From positions 26,260,990 to 26,324,989 of the forward strand of contig NC_057718.1 in the NCBI RefSeq assembly GCF_004010195.1: DNA of 64,000 nucleotides, in the 5' to 3' direction. The DNA comes from Chiloscyllium plagiosum (Eukaryota). This document shows, piece by piece, positions 1 through 11,822 of the stretch (the stretch's first letter is position 1; every line of letters starts with the position of its first letter). Made by a program: the position numbers and the translations under genes. The notes beneath the pieces were generated by a model, which searched no databases, was not told the DNA's origin, and was given only the letters and a program-made list of their open reading frames with translations.

Positions 1-1972
1 AGAAACCTCATCCTTAATGATGGGTTCTAGAATTTTACCAACAACCGATTTTAAGCTGATTGGCCTATAATTTTCCATCTTTTGGCTTGATCCTTTCTTG
101 AACAAGGGGGTTACAACAGCCATCTTCCAATCATCCGGGACCTTTCCTGACTCCACTCAGCCCCGTGACACCCTTTAATTTTTGTGATATTACTCATGTC
201 TTCCACTGTGAATACTGACGCAAAGTACTTGTTAAGTTCTCCTGCTAGTTTCTTATCTCCCATCACTAGGCTTCCTGCATCAGTTTGAAGTGGCCCAATG
301 TCTACTTTTGCCTGTCGTTTGTTTCTTATGTACTGAAAGAAACTTTTACTATTGTTTCTAATATTACTGGCTAGCCTACCTTCATATTTGATCCTCTCAT
401 TTCTTATTACACTCTTTGTTATCCTCTGTTTGCTTTTGTATCCCTCCCAATCTTCTTATTTCCCACTGTTCTTAGCCACTTTATAGGATCTCTCTTTTTC
501 TTTAATACATTTCCTGACTTCCTTTGTCAGCCAAGGTTGTCTAGTCCCTCCCCTGTTAATCTTTCTTTTCTTGGGAATGAATCTCTGTACAGTGTCCTCA
601 ATTATACCTACAAACTCCTGCCATTTTTGCTCTGCTGTCTTCCCGGTTAGCCTCTGCTTCCAGTCTATTTTAGTCAGTTCCTCTCTCATGCCCTCATAAT
701 TACCTTTATTTAACTGTAACACCATTACATCTGATTTTGCCTTCTCCCTTTCAAACTGCAGACTGAACTCTATCATATTATGGTCGCTACTTCCTAAGGG
801 TTCTCTTACTTTAAGATCTTTTATAGAGTCTGGTTCATTGCAAAGCATTAGGTCCAGAATAGCCTGCTCTCTTGTGGGCTCCATGACAAGCTGTTCCAAA
901 AAGCCATCCTGTAAGCATTCCATGAATTCCCTTTCTTTAGATCCACTAGCAACATTATTTACCCAGTCCACCTGCATATTGAAGTCTCCCATGATCAATG
1001 TAACCTTGCCTTTCTGACATGCCTTCTCTATTTCCCGGTACATGTTGCGTCCCTGGTCCTGACCACTGTTAGGAGGTCTATACACAACTCCAATTCTGTT
1101 TTTTTTGCCTTTGTGGTTCCTCAATTCCACCCACACAGCCTCCACATCATCCGACGCTATGTCATTCAATACCATAGATTTAATTTTGTTTTTAACTAAC
1201 AAGGCAACCCCACCCCCTCTGCCCACCTCTCTGTCTTTTCGATAAGTTGAAAAACCATGGAGGTTTAACTGCCAGTCCTGATCCCCCTGTAACCAAGTCT
1301 CTGTGATGCCTACTACATCATAATCATTCACTATTATCTGTGTCATTAGTTCATCGGCTTTGTTATGTATGCTACGAGCATTCAGGTAAAGTGCCTTAAT
1401 GCTAACTTCCTTATCATTAGAGATGTTGGAAGTCATATGTCCTAAGTTATCCTTGCTTTTTACTGCATTCTCAGTCTGCCTCAATTTTAAATCCGCCTGG
1501 AAACATGCTATCCTGCTGCTTATCTTGCCATTTACCTCCATACTCCCTGTCGCTTTCACTTTCCCTTCCCCCCAACTCAGAAGTTTAAAGTCCTACTGAC
1601 CACCCTATTTATCCTCTTCGCTAGAACATTGGTACCTGATCGGTTCAGGTGGAGACCGTCCCAAAGGTACAGATCCCCCCGGTTCCAAAACTGATGCCAA
1701 TGCCCCATGAAGTGGAATCCTTCTTTCCCACACCAATCCCTTAGCCATGTGTTTACTTCCCTAATTTTCTTATCCCTATGCCAATTGGCACGTGACTCGG
1801 GCAGTAATCTGGAGATTATGACCCTTGAGGACCTGTACTTCAATTTCCTTCCTCATGCTCGATAATCCCCAAACAGGTCCTCCACCCTAGCTTTGCCTAT
1901 GTTGTTAGTCCCAACGTGGACCACAACAACTGGATCCTCCCCCTCCCACTCCAATATCCTTTCAAGCCGGTC
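1..1972 (-). mobile_element. CR1-clade LINE, partial: ORF1 SGNH/GDSL esterase end, ORF2 APE endonuclease and start of RT (runs off window start)
   Basis: ORF 456-1559 has APE motifs LYLNARS, GITETW, YRPP, IMGDFN, LDL and SDH. ORF 1577-1843 plus upstream sequence gives VVVVHVGTNN ... DGLHL (SGNH esterase blocks). Bases 1-150 read SVVGKILEPIIKDE (RT N-terminus). Confidence 0.93.
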
Positions 1973-2916
1973 AACCAAAGAAAAGCTATAGGTTGTGCAT
2001 TAAAAGGGACAGCAGCAACATGGACACAAAGAATAGGCAAAAGAGAGTCATGGTTATAGATCTTGATGTGCAGGGCGCAGTTTAAAATGTTAAGAGATGA
2101 CCATAATAATCACCACTTTTGGTAAATCTTAAGTGCTCATCATCTCATGGTTAAATGAATTATAAGACATATTGGGATGTTAGTATTAGGAGTTGCTAGA
2201 TCTTATTCACCTATGTTCTGTCATAAGTGTTTCTCTTCATTGCTAAGTCCTTAACAATGTGCTCACACGATCGTATCTGTTTCAACTCTCTCAGTTCAGC
2301 GTGTTTGCACTGTGCAGAAACCTTTCCAGATGATTCTACCCATTGCTATTAAATAGAATATGGGTAAAGGACAAGGAGCTGGAAGTGGGATGAACTGAGC
2401 AAAAGTTTTAGGCCAAATTTGTTTTTTGTGGTTCCCTTATTTTAAATTGGCAGGCTGTAGGTTGACTTACATGAAGCCTCGTAGTGAATTCCGGGACAGA
2501 TTATAAATATTGCAAAAAGACCAAACAAAAGTTCTGTTCATGTGTTTCTAAAGCAAATAAAATTCTGCGCATAAACTGTAACATTTAGTATGCATTTTAA
2601 AGCCTGCATTTTGCAAGATTAATTGGATAATTCCTGTTTTTTTTAAACCATTGTCACCATATAAAAACCTTTGATTTGTTCGTTTATTCCTGTTATCCAT
2701 TAGAATGTGAATAGTTATTTTTCTAAATCATTATTTGCTCAGTCTGATCCACGTGGACTGAATTGAGAGACGGAATTGATTTTCTTTTGCATTTTCCATT
2801 GTGGTGATTCTCAAGTGGTCCTTCTTTTTTGAAGAAAAGGCAGCTGACCTTTAAAGACCTTTATGTGACCTGAGATTTTACTGCAGATTTCATCCAGATA
2901 ATTGTTGGTTTCACAG

Positions 2917-3011
2917 GTTCTGGCTTCAGCTGAACACTGTATGGACTGATGACTCAACTGCAATCATTGCTCTGGATAATGTAACTCTCAGCCTTGACTG
3001 TTATCTATCAA
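2917..3011 (+). CDS. ALK: Internal coding exon of ALK receptor tyrosine kinase (C-terminal part of MAM2 domain; equivalent of human exon 10)
   Basis: Acceptor ttggtttcacag|G and donor TCAA|gtgagt; 95 nt, phase 2 to phase 1. It translates to FWLQLNTVWTDDSTAIIALDNVTLSLDCYLS, which aligns without gaps to human ALK [32 protein letters not shown] (recalled sequence), including the N-x-S/T sequon and SLDCYL. The paralogue LTK cannot be fully excluded. Too short for the ORF track. Confidence 0.88.
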
Positions 3012-5140
3012 GTGAGTATAATCATTGCACTTGTCTGTCACTTTCTTTTCTGTTTTATAATACTAGATCTTTAACAAGTTATGGTGTCAGAATGTAACCT
3101 TTCTGAATAAGTAAAGTGGTGGCTTCAGCTTTTGATATATCCCAGGGTTGTTTCTGTACTTGGAGACGAATAGAATTACATCTCTCAAAGTTTATTTATG
3201 ATTCACATTTTAAATGTGCTTTTGATATTAGTTAAACATGCATGTGATTGCAAATAGCCAAGGAGAGAACCTGGATGTGGCAGTGAATTAGAACACCACT
3301 TTATCTCTGAGAATTGAGTTTATTTTTTGCAATGGACTTGTAGTTTCTCTGTCCTATGTAGATGGCTAAAGAACATAGGAACAGGAGTAGGCCATTCAGC
3401 CCCTCAGGCCGGCTGCAACATTCAGTCAGATCATGGCTGATCATTTACCTCAAAGCAACTTTCCCCCACTAACTCCATTTATGTATGGAGGTATCTTGAG
3501 GTCCAAGCCCATAGCTTCTTGAAAGAGGCCACACAATTAGATAGGATGGTAAAAAAGGCATATGGCATGCTTGCCTTTCCTAGTCAGGGAATTGAGTACA
3601 AGAGTCAGGAAATCACGTTGCAGCTTTATAAGACTGTGGTAAGGCCACATTTAGAGTATTGTGTTCAGTGCTGGTTGCCACATTGCAGGAAGGATGTGGA
3701 GGCTTTGGAGAGGGTGCAGAAGAAGTTTACCAGGACGCTGCCTGGATTAGAGGGTACCAGCAATAAGGAGAGGCTAGAAAAACTCAGGTTGTTTTCTCTG
3801 GAGCATTGGAGGCTGAGGGGAGATTTGATAGAAGGCTATAAAATAATGAGATGCATAGATAGAGTTGATGGTCAGAATCTTTTTCCCAGAGTTGAAATGT
3901 CTAATATTGGGGGGGCATGCATTTAAGGTAAGGTGCGGGGGGATATTTAAAGGAGATATGAGGGGCAAGTACTTTATACAGAGAATGGTAAGAGTCTAGA
4001 ATGCACTGCTAGTAGTTTTTGGAAAGGCAGATATGTTAGGAGCATTTAAGGACTTTTAGATAAGCACATGAATATGTAAGAAATGGACCAAAGGTAGACA
4101 AAAGGGTTTAGTTAGATCTTGTCCAACAGGGAGTATGGAGTTAATTGGAAAGATAAGCAGCAGGATAGCATGTGTGCAAGTGGGTTTAAGCTCGAGGCAG
4201 ATTAGGAATGCAGCAAAAAGGAAGGATAACTTTGGACATCTTATGATTTCGAATATCTCTAATAATGATAAGAAAGTTAGCATTAAGGCACTTTACGAAT
4301 ACTACAAGCATTCAGATAATAGAGTAGATGAATTAATGGCAGAAATGATCGTGAATGATTATGATGTGATAGGCATCACAGAGACAGGACTGGCAGTTAA
4401 ACATCCAAGGATTTATAACTTATGGAAAAGACAGGGAAGTGGGCAGAGGGGGCAGGGTTGCCTTGTTAGGTGAGAATGAAGTTACATCTATAGCACTAAA
4501 TGACATAGGGTCAGATGATGTGGAGTCTGCGTTGGTGGAATTGAGGAACCACAAAGGCAAAAAAAAACATAATGGGAGTTACGTACAGACCTCCTAACAG
4601 TGGTCAGGACCAGGGGCGCGAGATGTACCAGAAAATAGATAGGGCATGTCAGAAAGGCAAGATCACGGTGATCATGGGGGACTTCAATATGCAGGTGGAC
4701 TGGGTGAATAATGTTGCCGGTGGATCCAAAGAAAGGGAATTTATGGAATTCCTACAGGATGGCCTTTTGGAACAGCTTGTGATGGAGCCCACAAGGGAGC
4801 AGGCTATTCTGGACTTAGTACTATGTAATGAGCCAAACTTTATAAAAGATCTTAAAGTTAGGGGACACTTAGGAGGCAGCGATCATAAAATGGTAGATAT
4901 CATTCTGCAATTTGAAAGAGAGAAGGCAAAATCAGATGTAATGGTCTTACAGTTTAATAAAGGTAATTACAGGGGCATGAGAGAGGAACTGATGAAAATT
5001 GACTGGAAGCAGAGCCTAGCGGGAAAGACAGTAGAGCAACAACGGCAGGGGTTTCTGGGTGTAATTGAGGACACTGTACAGAGATGGAAATGTGTTGCTG
5101 GAAAAGCGCAGCAGGTCAGGCAGCATCTAGGGAACAGGAG

Positions 5141-5176
5141 AATCGACGTTTCGGGCATTAGCCCTTCTTCAGGAAT
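5141..5176 (-). ncRNA. Minimal hammerhead ribozyme motif in PLE pseudo-LTR
   Basis: Minus strand: attc-CTGAAGA-a-gggc-taat-gccc-GAAA-cGTC-gatt. It has the conserved core, a 4-bp stem II and a palindromic stem III (ACGT). Confidence 0.7.
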
Positions 5177-5254
5177 GAGGAAAGTTGGTCCAGCAGGCTA
5201 AGATAAAAGATAGGGAGGAGGGACTTGGGGGAGGGGCGTCGGAAATGTGATAGG

Positions 5255-5420
5255 NNNNNNNNNNNNNNNNNNNNNNNNNNNNNNNNNNNNNNNNNNNNNN
5301 NNNNNNNNNNNNNNNNNNNNNNNNNNNNNNNNNNNNNNNNNNNNNNNNNNNNNNNNNNNNNNNNNNNNNNNNNNNNNNNNNNNNNNNNNNNNNNNNNNNN
5401 NNNNNNNNNNNNNNNNNNNT
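5255..5420. other. Assembly gap (N run)
   Basis: Run of N bases. Confidence 1.
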
Positions 5421-8400
5421 TCCCTAGATGCTGCCTGACCTGCTGCGCTTTTCCAGCAACACATTTCCATCTCTGATCTCCAGCATCTGCAGACCTCACT
5501 TTCTCCTCAAAGACACTGTACAGAGGTTCATTCCAAAAAAAAGATTATCCGGGGGAAGATGCATGGGGTATAAGATAGCCATGGCTGACAAAGGAAATCA
5601 GAAAATGTATCAAAGAAAAAGGGAGATCCTATAAAGTGGCCAAGAGCACTGGGAAATCAGAAGATTGGGAAGACTACAGAAACAAACAGAGGATAACAAA
5701 GAGAGAAATAAGGAAGGAGAGCATCAAATATGAAGGTAGGCTAGCCAGTAATATTAGAAATGATAGTAAAAGTTTCTTTAAATACATAAGAAACAAAAGA
5801 GAGGCAAAAGTAGAAATTGGGCCACTCCAAATTGGTGCAGGAAGGCTAGTGATGGGTGATAAGGAGATAGCTGAAGAACTTAATAAGTACTTTGTGTCAG
5901 CCTTCACAGTGGAAGACATGAGTAATATCCCAACAATAAAAGAGTGTCAGAGGGCAGAATTGAGAATGATAGCCATTACAAAAAAGAAAATGCAAGAAAA
6001 GCTAATAGGTCGCAAAATTGATAAATCTCCTGGCCCCGATGGGCTACATCCTAGAGTTCTGAAGGAGAGGGCTGAGGAAATAGCAGAGGCGTTGGTTGTG
6101 ATGTTTCAAAAGTCACTGGAGTCAGTGAAAGTCCCAGATGATTGAAAAATCACTGTTGTAACCCCCTTATTCAAGATAGGATCAAGACAAAAGATGGAAA
6201 ATTATAAACTGATTAGCCTAACCTCGGTTGTTGGTAAAATTCTAGAATCCCTCATTAAGGATGAGATTTCTACATTCTTGGAGGTGCAGGGTCAGATTAG
6301 AACAAGTCAGCATGGATTTAGTAAGGGGTAGTCATGCCTGACAAACCTGTTAGAATTCTTTGAAGAGATAACATGTATGTTAGACCACGGAAACTCAGTG
6401 GATGTTATCTATCTAAATTTCCAAAGGCCTTTGATAAGGTGCCACACAGAAAGCTGCTGAGTAGGGTGAGGGCCCATGGTGTTCGAGGTGAGCTACTGGC
6501 ATGGATTGAGGATTGGCTGTCTGACAGAAGGCAGAGAGTTGGGATTAAAGGTTCTTTTTCAGAATGGCAGCCAGTGACAATGGTGTCCCGCAGGGTTCAG
6601 TGTTGGGGCCGCAGCTGTTCACTTTATATATTAATGATCTGGATGAAAGGACTGGGGGCATTATAGTGAAGTTTGCCAATGATACAAAGTTAGGTTTTTG
6701 ACAGACAGTTAGTACTGAGGAGGTAGGGAGGCTGCAGAAAGATTTAGACAGTTTAGGAGAATGGTCCAGGAAATGGCTGATGAAATTCAACATGAGCAAA
6801 TGTGAGGTCTTCCACTTTGAAAAAAAAGAATACAGACATGGATTATTTTCTAAATGGTGAGAAAATTAATAAAGCCAAAATACAAAGGGATTTGGGAGTG
6901 CTAGTCCAGGATTCTCTAAAGGCTAAGTACATGATTAAGAAAGCAAATGTAATGTTGTAATTTATCTCAAGAGGGTGGAAATATAAAAGCAGCGATGTGC
7001 TTCTGAGACTTTATAAAGATCTAGTTAGGCCCCATTTAGAATACTGGCTCTGGAGTGTGACCAGCGGAGATTCACATGGATGATCCCTGGATGAATGGCT
7101 AAGGATCCTGGGATTGTATTCATTAGAGTTTAGAAGGTTGAGGAGAGATCTAATAGACACTTACAAGATAATGCATGGCTTAGAAAGGGTGTTCACTGGG
7201 GAGTTGTTTCTGTCAGGTGGGGAGTCTAGGACCCGTGGGCACAGCCTTATAATTAGAAGGGATCAATTTAGAATGGAAATGAGGAGACATTTCTTCAGCC
7301 AGAGAGTGGTGGGCCTGTGGAATTAATTGTCACAGCGCGCAGTGGGGTGTTAAATGTCTTCAAGGCAGAGATTGATAAATTCTTGATCTCACAAGGAATT
7401 AAGGGATACAGGGAGAGAACAGGTAAGTGCGGTTGAAATGTCCATCAGCCACGATTAAATAGCAGAGTGGACTTGATGGGCCGAATGTCCTTACTTCCAC
7501 TCCTATGGTCTTATGGTCTTTTATTTCAATTTGGCGTCATGTTTGGCTCAACATCGAGGGCCGAAGGGTCTGTTCCTGTGCTGTACTGTTCTATGTTCTA
7601 TGTTTTATTTCTTGATGTCATTATTTTCTAGAACTCCTTTGATTTCTGTCTTGAACATGCTCAATGATTAAGCCACAATTCCAAAGGTTCCCCACCCTCT
7701 GAGAGATGAAATTCCTCTTCTTCTCAGTCTTAAATGGCCCATTCCTTATCTTAAGATTATGTTCTCTGTTTTAGATTCTCCATATTGGGGAACATTGTAT
7801 TTATATATGCACTGTAAGAATTCTGTAAGTTTCAATGAGGTCACCTGTCAGTTTTTGAAACTTTAGGGGCTATGGAACCAGTCTTGTCAACCTGTCCTCA
7901 TAAAACAATCCTTCCATCCCAGAATTAGTCTAGTGAAACTCCATTGTACTATTGTTTAATTAGTAAGTGCCAATTCAGATAAGAGGGCCAAATCAATACA
8001 CAGGTGAGGTCCCACCAAGGCCCTATACAACTGCAGCAGGACACCTTTACTCCTGAACTCAAATCCTCTTGCAATGACAGCCAATGTACCAATTACCTTC
8101 TCAATTGCTTGCTGTAGCTGCATTCTTACTGTTAGTGAGTCATAAACAAGGACACCCAAATCCCTTTAGACACCAGCATTTTCCATTCTTTCAGCATCTA
8201 AGAAACCTCTGCCTTTGTGTTTTTTTCCACCAAAACAAATAACTTCACATTTACTCACATCACGTTCCATCTACTACAGTCTCATCCATTTATTTAGCCT
8301 GTCCATGTCCTCTTGAAGCCTTCACACTACTTTGGTTCCAATTCAATTTGGTGATGCCAGCAAATTTGGAAATATTACAATTGGTCCCTAGATCCACGTG

Positions 8401-10657
8401 ATCCTTGCGATATTAGTCACAACCTGCCATCCTGAAGGTGATCCAGTTATTCCCACTCTCCACTTTCTGTCTATTAACCAGTTCTCAATCCATGCCAGTT
8501 ATTCTCCCCAATCCCATGGGCTGTAATTTTATTTACCAACCTGCTGTATGGGACTTTATCAAAGCCTTCTGAAAATTCATACACACCACATCCTTCATTA
8601 ATGCCACAAATACTATCTTGTCAAACATAATTTTCCTTTCATGTATGCATGTTGACTGCCCAATTTTATCATTTCTTTCTAAATACCCAGTTATCACATC
8701 TTTTATAACTTTGTCTATTACAGATGTTGGACTAGCAGGTGCGCAGTTCTCCACTCTTCTTCTTCCACCCATCTTAAGCAGTGGGGGTATATTTGCTACT
8801 TTCTAATCCACAGGCAACTTTCAAAAATCTATATAATTTTGATATATAACCATTAATTCGATTAACCATCCATTAATTCAATTGCCCAAGGAATTTATTA
8901 ACCTTCAATCCAGGTAACTTTCAAGTACTGCAAATTTCCTTTAGTTCCTCAATTTCACAAGTAGAAGTTGCATGGTTTTGTTATCCACTTCACAGCAAAG
9001 TACTGGGAGTTGCGGGGTTGGTGAAGTGGTAATCTGGCAGGGGAAGGGATGAGTGTGGAGTAGACAGGGGAGGTGGTGGGTACAGTAGTGGGATAGGTGT
9101 TGGGACAGTGTGTGGGGATGCTGACAAGTCAGGTTTTCAGGTCCAGCAAAGAAATGGTGTTGGGTCTAGCTATTGGGTGAGATGGGGGTCAGCAGGGGTT
9201 CTTATCGGAATCTTTCAGGTGGATATTTCCAGGGAATTGTCTTGGACTTAGCTACACAGGGTTTCTACATGATCCAATACAGCAATCCAATCTATGCTCT
9301 CCATAGACAATCTGGCCATTGGAAAAGCTTGGCCGTGTTTGTTGAGATCTTGGCAGGTGCAGGCACTTCATATTACTACATACAGAGCCAGTGAAAGCAT
9401 GTCATGGTGATGACAGGCCTTTTTGCAAAGAAGAATCTACTATTAAATTTAACCAATCTTCACATGCAGTGATGGTGTCATTAGCAGTCCATTAGCTTCG
9501 TTGGCTACATGTCTAGAGCATGGTTCAGAATAATACTATTCATTCCCAATGTGGATTCATTCCCAATTCTGGCTGAGGTAGTTCTTGAGCCCTACCTTAT
9601 TTCCTTGCACCGTAATAATTTCCTCACTTGTTCCAGGATGAGCAACCTTTCAATGACATTAACAGCACACAGGGAGAGGGTGTTACCATTTGATATACTG
9701 GGTCCCAATTTGCTTTGAGTAATAAAATCTCCACATCAATTAGTTGCCTAATAAGCAAAACCTGCCCCCTTTGGCCTGTGCATGCAAGTGTGAGATTTCC
9801 AAACAATGGTCAACAGATCCCCCCCCACTTGTGCAAACTTTCTTGGCCACTTGCAATCCACAATTTTTCTTGAATCTCATCGCCTTCCTCTCAGAGACCC
9901 AATGTGTGCTAATAATCGTGCTGCAGAGAGGAAGGCAAGTATAGCCCCGGGATTCATGACAAATTCATGCCAGTAAAACAAAACAGAAAAAAGAAACATA
10001 GCCAGATATTTTTTCTGAAAGGAATTCACAAAACACAGGATATTTTCTGTTTTTTTAAACGAACTGACTTCGCTCTGATTCTCTCACATTTCTGGTCCCA
10101 CTTCACATGGGTACCTTTGAAAAATTAGGTTTTTCATCCGGAAATGATGTTGATTACATCTTCATTCCCAAATTAAGATGTAAATAGAGTGTCTGTTTGA
10201 ATGAGATAAGCACTTCACATGTTATTGGTCTTCAAATTTAAAAGAAAAAAGCAACACCGCAGCGGAAAAATGGGTATTGGTCCAGCTGGATGAGACTTCT
10301 GTCAGTTTTCAGTTACCAGCTGCCCAGCTTATGGGTGGTTGGCAATGGGAAAGCCACAGAGATACAGTGTGTTTACAGCATAGCAACAAGTCATCTGACT
10401 GAATTAGTCCACGCTTCAACTCCTCACATACCTACTCCTGACCTTCGCTAGGCCTATATGGCTCTGAGACGTGGGCTGTCCACAGTAGACACCTAAAGGC
10501 GTTGATGCAGGTGTTCAAGAGCCTGCAAATGTGCTGGGAAGAAAGACGCACCTACACCAGTATCCTCGGCCAAGCTAACATCCCCAGCATCGAGGCGCTG
10601 ATCGCCCTTGATCGGCTACAATGGGCTGGGCATATGACCAACTCAAAACTCTCCAAG

Positions 10658-11822
10658 TGTTATAAAGTGGAAGTTGACCCCCTTCTGAGGACTAAAACTG
10701 AGACACCCAGAGAGGAGCGCCTCATCCTATAATCTGTAAAGAATGGGAAAAGTGGTGTAACCCACTTCTCACCAACTTCAAATGGTTAAGTAAAATAAAT
10801 CCCTGATACTCAATTCAAAATCAACAAGTAATAATTTATTTATCTAACTCTGACAGGGAACAATTTAACTAAACTATTAATAAACCGAATAAATCCCTTC
10901 TAACTATTACCTATTCCCAAAGAAAACAAGATTCTAATGGTCTGTTATTCCACTAAATACAAGTTCCACTCATACAACAAAAATAGAATTTAGTGTCTCA
11001 ATTACAACCTGGTTATGTGTCTTCTGTTTATCTAACTCTGACAGGGAACAATTTAACTAAACTATTAATAAACCAAATAAATCCCTTCTAACTATTACCT
11101 ATTCCCAAAGAAAACAAGATTCTAATGGTATGTTATTCCACTAAATACAAGTTCCACTCATACAACAAAAATAGAATTTAGTGTCTCAATTACAACCTGG
11201 TTATGTGTCTTCTGGAGTGTTCTGTGCCTTTTCCATCAATCAGTCTGTCAGGAATGCCTTCTCTGTTGTTTCTTCTGTCAGGAATGCCTTCTCTGTCGTT
11301 GGTACCCTTGTTATTTAGATGGTGCTATCTGTAAGACGTAGAGGAGGCTGTGAGAGCCAATGATTCTCTCTCAGCACTCAGGGCGTTAATTCTGGCGGAT
11401 GGCAGCTAGCTCTGGAGTCTTTGTGCACCTGTCCCCTTCTTTTATACCCTTGATAACATATCACTATTTCTTACAAAAGGATTAGTCCTATGTTATCAAA
11501 GCCATCAGATTTAAATTTAGTAGGTTTTGGTATCTAAGTGCCTAGTTCAAACTGATTGGCTAAATTCAAAAACCAGTTGTCTTGGTAAAATCTGCGGCTT
11601 GGCCTGCTAACTGTACGGCCTTTCAGTTCGAGTGCTTCATGTACTTGCAAACTTTCAAGCTGCTGCTCACATTCATCCATTTTAAATTTCTAAGCACCAC
11701 AAAATACCATCTTTTAAAGGGACCACACAATGCATTCTCCCCTTGCATTTTACAATTTTACAAGCACCAAGTTCGAACTTCCTGCTTTCCAATCGACAAT
11801 TAGTCTACCCAACCTTGCAACA
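10658..11822 (-). mobile_element. Solo LTR (Gypsy/ERV-type)
   Basis: Termini TGTTATAAAG...CCTTGCAACA (TG..CA, imperfect terminal IR) with a 4-bp TSD CAAG (10654-10657 / 11823-11826). The minus strand has gggTATAAAaga (~11440) and AATAAA (~10835). Confidence 0.88.
10839..11214. repeat. 188-bp tandem duplication inside the solo LTR
   Basis: Copies 10839-11026 and 11027-11214 both start tttatctaactctgacaggg and end ggttatgtgtcttctg. I see only two substitutions (ccgaat/ccaaat, ggtctg/ggtatg). Confidence 0.95.

Larger units (their letters stand above)
5084..5511. mobile_element. Penelope-like element (Neptune-type) with inverted pseudo-LTR ends, containing an assembly gap
   Basis: 14-bp TSD gacactgtacagag (5070-5083 / 5512-5525). 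The left end atggaaatgtgttgctggaaaagcgcagcaggtcaggcagcatctaggga is the reverse complement of 5421-~5470. The same terminal sequence is attached to the PLE ORF at 17461-18853. Confidence 0.88.
4126..7520 (+). mobile_element. CR1 LINE, nearly complete but frameshifted ORF2 (APE+RT) with 3' tail; same family as the copy at 1-1972
   Basis: APE fragments in ORFs 4135-4473 and 4572-5083; RT fragments at 5636-7326 (KSPGPDGLHPRVLKE, KAFDKVPH); tail ctatggtcttatggtctt at ~7503-7520. Confidence 0.93.
3480..7604 (+). mobile_element. 5'-truncated CR1 (HER1-like) LINE, split into 3480-4113 and 7527-7604
   Basis: ORF 3519-3926 encodes the RT C-terminus (LYKTVVRPHLEYCVQCW, RLRGDLIE). The 3'UTR breaks at ...aaagggtttagtt and resumes at 7527 with the tail gagggccgaagggtctgttcctgtgctgtactg(ttctatg)2. 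Confidence 0.82.
3365..8930 (-). mobile_element. Old CR1 LINE 3' part, split into 3365-3479 (3' end) and ~7606-8930 (RT) by later insertions
   Basis: Reverse-strand CR1 3' tail (gaacataggaacaggagtaggccattcagccc) at 3370; the sequence resumes at ~7606 (ttcttgatgtc...ctgtcttgaacatgctcaatga). RT C-terminal remnants are in ORFs 7956-8159 and 8533-8772. Confidence 0.75.

Noticed and set aside
3040..3100. Acceptor-like site (ttcttttctgttttataatactag) just after the ALK exon as a nearby next exon
   Set aside because: The required phase-1 frame hits TAA within three codons.
5158..5499. ORFs containing X runs
   Set aside because: They are artefacts of translating through the assembly gap in non-coding PLE termini.
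10839..11214. Repeats as a CRISPR-like array
   Set aside because: It is a simple two-copy tandem duplication without spacers, inside a eukaryotic LTR.
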